This document shows, in pieces, positions 50,234 to 58,804 of a stretch of 64,000 nucleotides of DNA; the stretch's first letter is position 1; every line of letters starts with the position of its first letter. A model generated the notes under the pieces. The model did not search any database. It worked only from the letters and a program-made list of their open reading frames with translations, and was not told the origin of the DNA. Source of the stretch: Deltaproteobacteria bacterium (GTDB taxonomy: Bacteria > Myxococcota_A > Polyangia > Fen-1088); assembly GCA_033763315.1 (NCBI GenBank), contig JANRKS010000035.1, positions 160,001 to 224,000 on the forward strand. The letters are read 5' to 3'. Position numbers and translations under genes: made by a program.

Positions 50234-50992
50234 TCACTTCTCTTTCGTCGCGAGGTGCTCGGACGCCTCAACCAGGCGCTCGGCATAGTTGAACGCTGCC
50301 CTCCTGGCCTGCTCCTCGCTGAGCTGGACCTTGAAGAACCAGAGCAAGCCGCCGACTACGGCGCTCGCGACGATGGCACCGACTATCTGCTCGTGATTCG
50401 CAGCCGCCTGCGTCGCGCCAGCGGCCACCGCGGGTCTCATCGTCGTCACCAGCTTCGTCAAGGCGACAGCCAACCCCAAGAGAGAGGATGTGATGCCGGC
50501 CGTCCTGATGGCTAGAAGGTTGCGCCAGAACCCATAGGTGACGTTCTCGGCGTAGAGCAGCGGAAATGCTGCCTTGTCGCGGGTCTTGTTGATGAGAGCC
50601 CTCGTAATGGCCTTGTAGTCGTCGTCGAAGGCGCCCGGCCGCGCCTTCTCCTCTTCGGCGGTAGGAAGACGTACGTCGGAGATGACCTTCGCTATGAACT
50701 CCCGGTACCGTTGGAGGCTCTTCGGCGAAATGCGTTCGCTGCCCTTTCGAAGGACTTGGGTCGTCGGAGGGCCTCCCCACCTCGCCCATAGCCGAGGCTC
50801 AAGGTCGCGCCCCTTGTTTCGCACGAGGTGCGAGACAGCCGCGGCGACGGCCGCCAGCAGGGGCACGCTCGTGATGACGCCGATGACCGTGGTCGGGAGC
50901 CAGATCGTCATCGCGATCACGGACGGCGCAGCCACCAGAACGCAGGGCAGCCAACGCGCTCTGAAGCTGTAGCCGTCGAGCCCCAAGGTCAC
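50234..50992 (-). CDS. membrane protein with about 4 TM helices
   Basis: GTG 50992 after GAGG; DGYSFRARWLP, two TMs, WGGPPTT..LR, ENVTYGFWRNL, two TMs. Confidence 0.75.
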   Translation of the reverse strand: MTLGLDGYSFRARWLPCVLVAAPSVIAMTIWLPTTVIGVITSVPLLAAVAAAVSHLVRNKGRDLEPRLWARWGGPPTTQVLRKGSERISPKSLQRYREFIAKVISDVRLPTAEEEKARPGAFDDDYKAITRALINKTRDKAAFPLLYAENVTYGFWRNLLAIRTAGITSSLLGLAVALTKLVTTMRPAVAAGATQAAANHEQIVGAIVASAVVGGLLWFFKVQLSEEQARRAAFNYAERLVEASEHLATKEK

Positions 50993-51082
50993 GGGCGCAC
51001 CTCGGCCTCTGCGGCACCAGCGCATCGCACCATGTTCAGGTAAATCGCTCCCATCCAGCTCAGACCTGTCACGTGCTCGGTT

Positions 51083-51538
51083 TCACTTCGCCCACGGCGC
51101 TTCCTGGAAGTCCTCGATTCCGGAAGCCACGCGCGCCATTGCTTCGACGACCACCTTCTCGGTGGGCAGGACCACGGCCGCGCCTGTGACGCCAACATCG
51201 GCTAGCTGCCTCAGCCGTCGGTCGACGCTCTCGATGCCCTTGAACACGCTGGCCGGCAGCTCTTGTCGCGACAAGAAGATGCGCGACCACTTGCGCCCCT
51301 TCTGCCACATCGGCTTCGCGTACGGAAAAACAGAAGCGAGGTCGTCCTTCAGCCACTCGATGCGACTGCTTGGCATGCGGCTACGGGGCGCGACCTGAAG
51401 GCCGACGAATCGCATGTAGTCGGCTCGGCCGATGACCACGCAATCCACGCCGTTCATCCAAGCCCATTGAACGAGATAGCTGCCCAGCGTCCGATGCGTG
51501 CGCCTGGCCGCCTCGCGGTAGAACTTATCCGAGGCCAT
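51083..51538 (-). CDS. hypothetical protein
   Basis: ATG 51538 preceded by GGAGG. Confidence 0.6.
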   Translation of the reverse strand: MASDKFYREAARRTHRTLGSYLVQWAWMNGVDCVVIGRADYMRFVGLQVAPRSRMPSSRIEWLKDDLASVFPYAKPMWQKGRKWSRIFLSRQELPASVFKGIESVDRRLRQLADVGVTGAAVVLPTEKVVVEAMARVASGIEDFQEAPWAK

Positions 51539-51552
51539 GAAGTTTCCTCCAC

Positions 51553-51816
51553 TCAGGCGATGGTGAAGACCTCGGCTGACGGAAGCCGAGCGTATGCCAA
51601 GCGCTCGCTGATGGAGCGCACGCCGTTCTCGATCTCCTGCATGCCGCGTTTGCCATGGTAGTCGGCGAGGTTGCGGGCCTCGTCGAAGCTGACGGAGCAC
51701 CGGACCAGCGTCGCCGGCATCTCTCGACCGTCCGGCAGGAATGCTCTGGCCTCGATCAAAACGCCTTCTGCCGTCGTGGTTCTGGTGATCCTGGTGTCGA
51801 TGACGATAGTGCTCAT
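51553..51816 (-). CDS. small hypothetical protein
   Basis: ATG 51816 in ATGA overlap with upstream ORF. Confidence 0.5.
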   Translation of the reverse strand: MSTIVIDTRITRTTTAEGVLIEARAFLPDGREMPATLVRCSVSFDEARNLADYHGKRGMQEIENGVRSISERLAYARLPSAEVFTIA

Positions 51817-52094
51817 AGCCGCGGGTCCTCTGGCAGTTCGTAGTAGCTCCCGTGCGAGGTCCGCCGAATCATTCCCTCGTCGGCCATCCACTCGTACAGG
51901 TCCAGCATTTCGGAGTCGTTATCCGCCGCGAGCACGTAGTGGTCGCCGGTCTGCCGTCTGCGCTCTCGAATGCGCGCCAGCTCCTCGCGGGCGCGTTTGG
52001 CGCGGCCCCTGTTCTTGAACGCCTTTATGCCTACCTTCACGGCATCGACTGCCTTGTGGGCATTGCCGACGACGGCGAGCGCTTCGATACCCAT
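51813..52094 (-). CDS. small hypothetical protein (possible winged-helix C-terminus)
   Basis: ATG 52094 preceded by GGAGG; LYEWMADEGMIRRTSHGSYYEL. Confidence 0.5.
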   Translation of the reverse strand: MGIEALAVVGNAHKAVDAVKVGIKAFKNRGRAKRAREELARIRERRRQTGDHYVLAADNDSEMLDLYEWMADEGMIRRTSHGSYYELPEDPRL

Positions 52095-52852
52095 CTTGGG
52101 GGCCTCCGGAAAAGAGATACACCTCGCCCCATCGGGGGCGGCCCTTGGTGATCTAACCACCCCCGTGGCGTCGTCTAGTGACTTCTGCAAGAGACTAAGA
52201 TTGTCGCCCCGCGCCGTACGCGTCGCCGGGCCGATCACTTGACGACCAGCCAACGCCCGCCCACTTGTTTGCAGCAACTCAACCTCGTCCTCCGTGAGGC
52301 TTACGTGTCCCCGTCCCCGTCCGAGGCTGTCGTCAATGCGTTCTGGCGACGCGGTCGCGTCGTGCGCGTTAACGTCGGGGCTGGATCCAGGAACGACTGG
52401 GCAGAGCGAACCGATCTCTCGAACAAACACGTCGGATTCGTAGCGCGCGGCGAGCGGCTGCCGTTCGTCCCCGTCCTGGTCCGGCTCGCTGAAGCTGGAC
52501 AAAGATGCTTACCGACCGAAAGTGAGTGGGATGCGCGGGATCGGCCGAGTTGATGGCGTCCACACCTGCCTCGCGAGTTCCATCCGCGGTTCCGGTCGTG
52601 AGGGCAACATTAGGGCGGCATATCCCTCTGCGTCATCCAGCGCCACCTCGTTCGCCGCCACCTTAAGTCGCCCGATCCAGCAGCCGTCCGAGCGCTGCAT
52701 GGACGCGACTCACGATCTCACGATGAGCGTCCACGGGTGGCGCACTATGTCCGCATGCGGCACAAGGCGCCGGGTCGGATGTCGTTGAATTTGTTATAGA
52801 ATGTCCGCTCACGTCCACGAGTGTCTCGATGACAACTTCGGGCTTTTTCGTA

Positions 52853-52875
52853 TTCAAGTCCCGTCCACCCCGCAA
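52853..52875 (+). repeat. attR core (duplicated tRNA-Asp 3' end)
   Basis: Identical to 19765-19787. Confidence 0.95.
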
Positions 52876-52880
52876 GTTAG

Positions 52881-52911
52881 AAGCGAGATCGTGAAAGCGG
52901 TCTCGCTTTTT
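52881..52911 (+). terminator. intrinsic terminator, probably the original tRNA-Asp terminator
   Basis: AAGCGAGATCG-TGAAAG-CGGTCTCGCTT stem followed by a T run, 5 bp after attR. Confidence 0.8.
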
Positions 52912-53131
52912 GCGTTTCGGGGGGATGTGCGGCCACCGCCATGGCCAATCAGCGACGCCCGGATGACGCGTGGTCGAAAGTCCGAAGCGGACTGGCCCCC
53001 TAGCCATTGGTTCTCGCACGGCCGACACCACCGCTGCGCTGGCCGTCCCAACACGAGCCTCGAATGGAATTGCTCGATCGTCGCCCGGGCCATCCGTGGT
53101 ACTGTCGGTAGCCCAAAAGAAGCATTGGCAA

Positions 53132-53710
53132 ATGGAAACCTCCGACGGCTTGAGCAACGAACAACTCGACCTCATTCTGGCGGTTCAATTGACTGTCGCT
53201 TGGGCGGGCGAATCGGGCGGCGATCCTCCTCGGTTGGGGTGGTGGGAAAGCGATCTGGTTGACGCCGACGCCGCGGGCGATCTGTTTTCCAGGCTGATTC
53301 CCCGCACCCAGAAGTGGGCAGGGCTTGAGGCCGTCCGCGCGGCCGCCATTCGCATCGACGATCGCCGGCGAGCCGCGCTCGCCACGCCCGACCGGTCGAG
53401 GACGCTGTTTCACTTGGGCTTTCGTACGGATGAACGTTTGCGCGATCGCTTGCTTTTTCACAAACGGCACAACGCCGCGCCGGCCACGATCTTCGGCAAA
53501 GAATTTGGCATCAGCGATAACCACTCGTTGCCAGCGTTCGAGGCTTACTTGAAGCAGTTTCCTGAAGCGCAAACCAAGGTCATTCCTGGCGCTCGTGAAG
53601 TGACGACAATCAGCAAACACCTAACGGAACAAGTCACACAGCTGGCCTCAGCGCTGCTGCCCATCAGCAAGGAATACCCGCTACCCTTCCTTATCGCCGA
53701 GGGCTCGTGA
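53132..53710 (+). CDS. brxE: BREX system protein BrxE (type 6-like)
   Basis: QLTVAWAGE..PRLGWW..DL, RTLFHLGF, EYPLPF; first gene before brxA-brxB-brxC. Confidence 0.75.
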   Translation: METSDGLSNEQLDLILAVQLTVAWAGESGGDPPRLGWWESDLVDADAAGDLFSRLIPRTQKWAGLEAVRAAAIRIDDRRRAALATPDRSRTLFHLGFRTDERLRDRLLFHKRHNAAPATIFGKEFGISDNHSLPAFEAYLKQFPEAQTKVIPGAREVTTISKHLTEQVTQLASALLPISKEYPLPFLIAEGS

Positions 53711-54480
53711 GCACGAAGGCATCGCTCGCCGAATTCACCGCTCCGCACACTCACATCCTGAAGGTGATGTTGGTGGTGGAGGATAGCCACCAATACTGGC
53801 GCAATGTGGATTTGCGTGTGCCCTTTGAGCAGCGCGCGGCTCAAGCTTTTCAGGGCCGGTGGTTTGGGGCCAAAAGCGAGGCGCGAGTAAGCAATCTCGT
53901 TTCCGTGATGGGCAACCGATTCGATGCCTTCCCGGATGCCCTCGCCCTGTTGCACAGTTGGGGGACGGTTCCCGCGCCGATCCGACCCTGGATCTGCCAC
54001 TGGCACACTCAGCTTTCCGACGTCATCTACCGGCGATTCACGGGTGAGTTCCTCCCCGATCGGCGCGATTCGGGAATTGTGGACGTGGATCGCGATGCGG
54101 TTGCGCGTTGGGTGGATGCGCAATTTCCAGGCAGATGGACCCCCATCACGTGTTTTAAGTTTGCATCCAACATGCTTTCGGCCGCGCACGAAGCCGGCCT
54201 GATCAAAAATTCACGGGACCCGCGGCAATTTCAGCGCCCTGTTGTTCCTGACTTGGCGTTGGCTTACCTGCTCTACCTCCTTCGCAATGTCCGCATCGCT
54301 GGCACCCTGTTTGCCAACCCGTACCTTCGCTCGGTGGGCCTCGGGCCGGAAATGATAGAGGACCGCTTGGCCACGGTGCCAGGCATCGCCTACCGCAGCC
54401 TCGGCGGCGTCTTCGAGCTTGAATGGCAGTTCAATGGTCTTCGTGATTGGGGCAACCATGCCCAAGGCGCCATCGCATGA
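53707..54480 (+). CDS. brxA: BREX protein BrxA (DUF1819)
   Basis: ICHWHTQLSD.IYRRF, W...T..KFASNML, ALAYLLY; position in operon. Confidence 0.78.
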   Translation: MSTKASLAEFTAPHTHILKVMLVVEDSHQYWRNVDLRVPFEQRAAQAFQGRWFGAKSEARVSNLVSVMGNRFDAFPDALALLHSWGTVPAPIRPWICHWHTQLSDVIYRRFTGEFLPDRRDSGIVDVDRDAVARWVDAQFPGRWTPITCFKFASNMLSAAHEAGLIKNSRDPRQFQRPVVPDLALAYLLYLLRNVRIAGTLFANPYLRSVGLGPEMIEDRLATVPGIAYRSLGGVFELEWQFNGLRDWGNHAQGAIA

Positions 54481-55130
54481 GCACATTCCATCACCCCACA
54501 CGACTGGCCACAGCGGTCGAAGCCTTGCGCAAGGATCTACTGCTCGAAGGCGGGCCGCGGATTGCCACGTTGAGAAACTACAACTTTGCCATCCTTCCCT
54601 ACGATCCAGCCGCCGAGTTTGAAGTGCGAGAGCGGATACATCGGCTGTGTCAGGACCTTCGTGAAAGCGGGTGGAATACATTCACCATCGCGCTCAATCG
54701 GTTGCTCCTTCGCCGCTTGCGAAGCTTGGGCAACGAGTATCTTGAAAAAACGATCAACCGAGAAAAGCGACTGTTTGAAAAGGGTTTAGAGCGTTCCCTT
54801 GAACATCTGAAAAGCCAGGTTGTAGATGAACTTGAGGGGCCCAATGGCCTCGCCGCGGATGTCGTGAAAGAAATCGAGCGATTCATGAGCCAGCCCGCCC
54901 AAGACGGCACAACGTCCCTGTCACCGGAACGCACGGTTATCTTCATTGGCCGCGCGGGTTCGCTGTTCCCATTCTTCCGAACGTCCTCGCTTTTGAAGCA
55001 CATGGCAGACCACACGCACAACCTGCCCGTGGTGCTGCTTTATCCAGGCAAATCGGTTGGTGACACCGGCCTTTCGTTCATGGGCGTCCTACCAGCCGAC
55101 CGCGATTACCGTCCCCGCATTTACCGCTAA
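54477..55130 (+). CDS. brxB: BREX protein BrxB (DUF1788)
   Basis: FAILPYDP..E, GSLFPFFRTSSLL, VVLLYPG, LSFMG..DYRPRIY. Confidence 0.88.
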   Translation: MSTFHHPTRLATAVEALRKDLLLEGGPRIATLRNYNFAILPYDPAAEFEVRERIHRLCQDLRESGWNTFTIALNRLLLRRLRSLGNEYLEKTINREKRLFEKGLERSLEHLKSQVVDELEGPNGLAADVVKEIERFMSQPAQDGTTSLSPERTVIFIGRAGSLFPFFRTSSLLKHMADHTHNLPVVLLYPGKSVGDTGLSFMGVLPADRDYRPRIYR

Positions 55131-55139
55131 AGGTTCATC

Positions 55140-58100
55140 ATGCTCATCGGCGACATTTTCGAGAAGAACGTCACGCGTGACATTCCCCCGGTGGTTTATT
55201 TCCACGAGCAGACGCCCGCGAAGCTTGCGGATGAAGTGGGCGAATACATCATCACCGGCGGGTATGGCAGCAACGACCCGAGGGCCATCCGCAACGACGG
55301 AGGCATTCACGAGCAGTTTGTCCGCCTGCTGACATCGATGTGGGAAGAGCTCCGCAAGCCCGGCGGTGCCGACCTCCCCGCGGTGTGGATCTCGGGCTTT
55401 TATGGCTCTGGTAAGTCGAGCTTCGCAAAACTTTTGGGCTTGGCGCTGGACGGCGTTGCGCTTCCGAGCGGAGCGCCCCTTTCGGAAGCACTGCTTGCCC
55501 GCGATTCATCCCCCGCCCGCCAAGCCTTCGCGGATGCGTGGCACCGATTCCGTGAAGCCATCACGCAGCCGATCGCCGTTGTCTTCGATGTGGGCAGCGC
55601 GGCCCGAGACAACGAACACATTCACAATGTGGTTTTGCGTGAATGCCAAAAGCGTTTTGGATATTGCTCCACCAGCCACCACGTGGCCGATTTTGAACTG
55701 AGCCTAGAATCCGATGGCGACTATCCCGCCTTCTTGGACTGCGCCGCCAAGGTACTCGGGCGCCCGTGGTCTGAGATGAAGAACAAGAAACTGGCGGAAG
55801 ATCACTTCTCAGAGGTGATGCATCACTTTCGCAGCGCAACCTACAAAGATCCGATGAGTTGGCTTGATAGCCGCGCCGGCTCTCTGAAGCTTAGGTCTCC
55901 AGAAGAAGCGGTAACCGACATCGCCACCATGATGGCGAAACGCTTTCCTCAGCGCACGTTGTTCTTGGTGGTGGATGAAGTCAGCCAATACGTCCACGAC
56001 AACGAAGATCGCATGTTGCGTTTGCAGTCCTTCGTTTCGGCACTGGGGCAGCGTCTCAAAGGCGGGGCGTGGTTGTTGGCCACGGGTCAACAGAAGCTGG
56101 AAGACGGCGCCGCGGCGAAATCTCCGTTAAGCAAACTCAAAGACCGCTTCCCGGAGAAGCTTCGCGTTCATTTAGGAACCGCCAACATTCGCGATGTTGT
56201 ACACAAGCGGTTGTTGGCCAAGCGCCCCACTGTGGTGCCTGAACTACGCGAGCTTTTCCAGCACCACCGCGCGGACCTGGCGCTTTACTCCTTCAAAGGG
56301 GATGAAGTCAGTGAATCAGAATTCATCGACATTTACCCGATGCTGCCAGGGCACATTGATCTGCTGTTGGCGATCACAACTGGCTTACGGGCACGTTCCT
56401 CACGCATACAGGGTGATTCCCACGCGATCCGCGGCTTGCTGCAACTGCTGGGGGAAATTTTCCGCTACCAGGGCAGCGCGTTCACACGTTACGAACTGGG
56501 CTGCCTGATAACGATTGACCGCATCTTTGACGTTCTTCATACGTCGCTCGATTCGGACATTCAAACAACCTTGAACCGGGCTTTGAACTATTGCTCGAAA
56601 CAGCAAGATGTTCTGGCGGCGCGAACGGTGAAGGCCGTTTCGTTGCTTGAACTGATCTCCGAAGAGCGGAAAACGGACGCCGATCTCATTTCTCGGTGCT
56701 TGTACGAAAAGCTGGGGGCGGGATCACAAGTTGACGCGGTTCAGTTGGCGTTGGACAAGCTCAAGGCGGAAGGCCTGCTGGGCTATTCCGAAAAATCCGG
56801 CTACAAGATTCAGAGCACGGCGGGTGAAGAATGGCAGCGCGAACGCGATGACTACGCCGTGGGGCAAGAGCGCCTAAGCGATGAAATTCAAACAGCTTTG
56901 AAATGGCTGTTGGCAGACGTCAAGAAGGTCGCCTTGGAAGGCATGCCGTTGCCGTGGCAAGCGTTCTTCTCGGATTCACTGGGCACAAGCGACGCACGCA
57001 TCAACAGGGAAGCAAGCCACACCGTTGTGAATGTGGATTTTCGCTTCGTGAGCCGTGAGGAGCGAAAAGCAGAATTGTGGGTTCCCCGCAGCGATGCTGT
57101 GTTTCCGGATCGCATTCTTTGGGTGGCAGGAGACATTGATGATCCACGCCAGGCGGCACGCAAACTGGTGCAATCCGCCCGATTGGTGGAACGTTACGAT
57201 GGCCGGGAAGCCACGCTGGTCCCTGAAAAGCAGCGACTGCTCATTGAAGAACGCAATCGAAGGGACGCTCTGGTCAAGGATCTGAAAACGGCGGTGGAGG
57301 CCTCTTTCCTGGCGGGAACTTTTTACTTCCGCGGGCGCCAGCAAGAAGCGCGCGACGTAAGCGCCGGTTTCGCGCAGGCGCTGGAGCAATTCGCCCAGGG
57401 CAACTTGAGAGCCATTTACCCGCACCCAGTTACCTATAGCGTTACCCAAAAAGACATCGATTTCTTGATCGACAACCGCGACTTGCAGGGGCCGCCGCAG
57501 GTGCTTGGCCAAAGCCGGTTGGGCATTCTGGCCCTTGATGCGGGCCGATACGAAGCCACATGCGAGGGCGTTGTGCCGGCGGCGGTGAGCAAGTTGATCG
57601 CTTCGCAACCGGGCATCGGGGGCAGCAGCCTGTTGGAACACTTTGGCAGCCCCCCGCATGGCTATACGACCGACATCGTTCGCGCATGCTTGGTTGGCTT
57701 GCTGCGCGGGCACAAAATTCGCGCGCGCGCACCTGGGATCGGCGAGATCACCAGCGTCCGCGATGAAGGAACGCGTGAATTGTTCGCGGATCGAAACCTG
57801 CGAAAGGCCGAGTTCTTCATCAACGCCGATGAAACGTTGGCTCCGCGTGATAAGGCAGCGATTTGCCGCTTGTTTCAAGAGCATTTTGGCGAAGACGTGC
57901 AGCGGGACAACGATGCGATCGCTGACGCGGTGGCGAAACACTTTGTTCGCGCGCGTGAATGGCTCACGGACATTGAGCAACGCTTTCGAAAGCTGGGGGG
58001 CACGGTGGACCTGCCCCCTGCCCTGGTCAAGTTGGGCTCAGCCTTGGAGAATTGCCGCGCCAATCGCCAAGTTGAACCCACGGTTAAAGCAGTGAAGCGC

Positions 58101-58802
58101 AACTTGGATGCGCTTCGTGATGGCCTGCACCAAACCCGGAGGTTGCTGACGGATCTTTCCGACGAAGCCATCTTGGGCTTGAGAAGCGCGCAGGACGTCC
58201 TGCAGATTCTTGTGCCGCAATTGCAATCGGTCTACGCGTTGGCAGCGCCGGCCGGGGCTGAGGGGAAAAGCGACGCCCAGCTGGTGTTTCTGAAGAACGT
58301 GGCTGATCTGAAGGATTGTTTAGCGGCACCGCAAGCATGGACAAATTTGGTGGCGCTTTCGGCCCACGCGCGTGACATTCGCAAAGAATACGAGGCCGCC
58401 CGAAAGGCCATCCTGGATGCCCACCAAAGCCAGATCGAAGCTTCGGTGGATGCGATGAAACGGCGTAAGGGGTTTGATACCTTAAGCCCGGATCAGCAGC
58501 ACCACGTGTTGCGCTTTATCCGCGAAGGGGCGGCCTTGCAAACGTCGGCATCCGCAGTGGCTCCTGGGCTTGACGTTCTTGACGTTCAATTTGCCCAGCA
58601 GCTGTCGCGTGCGGAGCAGCGAGCTTTGGCAACATTGGATGGCTTGCTCGAAGACATGGGCCAACCAGCCACGGTCACGGTTGACCTGGGATGGCGTGGG
58701 CGAGAGATCAGCACCGAGCAAGATCTGCTGCGGTTCTTGGCCGAAGTTGAAGCACGCATACGCGGTGAGCTGGCGGCCAAGCACAAGGTTAGGTTGCAGT
58801 AG
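55140..58802 (+). CDS. brxC: BREX P-loop ATPase BrxC
   Basis: IGDIFEKNVTRDI, EVGEYIIT, WISGFYGSGKS, VVDEVSQY, LKDRF, YPMLP. Confidence 0.92.
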   Translation: MLIGDIFEKNVTRDIPPVVYFHEQTPAKLADEVGEYIITGGYGSNDPRAIRNDGGIHEQFVRLLTSMWEELRKPGGADLPAVWISGFYGSGKSSFAKLLGLALDGVALPSGAPLSEALLARDSSPARQAFADAWHRFREAITQPIAVVFDVGSAARDNEHIHNVVLRECQKRFGYCSTSHHVADFELSLESDGDYPAFLDCAAKVLGRPWSEMKNKKLAEDHFSEVMHHFRSATYKDPMSWLDSRAGSLKLRSPEEAVTDIATMMAKRFPQRTLFLVVDEVSQYVHDNEDRMLRLQSFVSALGQRLKGGAWLLATGQQKLEDGAAAKSPLSKLKDRFPEKLRVHLGTANIRDVVHKRLLAKRPTVVPELRELFQHHRADLALYSFKGDEVSESEFIDIYPMLPGHIDLLLAITTGLRARSSRIQGDSHAIRGLLQLLGEIFRYQGSAFTRYELGCLITIDRIFDVLHTSLDSDIQTTLNRALNYCSKQQDVLAARTVKAVSLLELISEERKTDADLISRCLYEKLGAGSQVDAVQLALDKLKAEGLLGYSEKSGYKIQSTAGEEWQRERDDYAVGQERLSDEIQTALKWLLADVKKVALEGMPLPWQAFFSDSLGTSDARINREASHTVVNVDFRFVSREERKAELWVPRSDAVFPDRILWVAGDIDDPRQAARKLVQSARLVERYDGREATLVPEKQRLLIEERNRRDALVKDLKTAVEASFLAGTFYFRGRQQEARDVSAGFAQALEQFAQGNLRAIYPHPVTYSVTQKDIDFLIDNRDLQGPPQVLGQSRLGILALDAGRYEATCEGVVPAAVSKLIASQPGIGGSSLLEHFGSPPHGYTTDIVRACLVGLLRGHKIRARAPGIGEITSVRDEGTRELFADRNLRKAEFFINADETLAPRDKAAICRLFQEHFGEDVQRDNDAIADAVAKHFVRAREWLTDIEQRFRKLGGTVDLPPALVKLGSALENCRANRQVEPTVKAVKRNLDALRDGLHQTRRLLTDLSDEAILGLRSAQDVLQILVPQLQSVYALAAPAGAEGKSDAQLVFLKNVADLKDCLAAPQAWTNLVALSAHARDIRKEYEAARKAILDAHQSQIEASVDAMKRRKGFDTLSPDQQHHVLRFIREGAALQTSASAVAPGLDVLDVQFAQQLSRAEQRALATLDGLLEDMGQPATVTVDLGWRGREISTEQDLLRFLAEVEARIRGELAAKHKVRLQ

Positions 58803-58804
58803 GG

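Noticed and set aside
52853-52875. Second tRNA gene
   Set aside because: Only the 3' 23 nt are present; the upstream sequence has no D or anticodon arm.
52663-53175. Stand-alone 170-aa gene spanning attR
   Set aside because: It crosses attR and the terminator. Only 52663-52875 is meaningful, as the alternative Int C-terminus.
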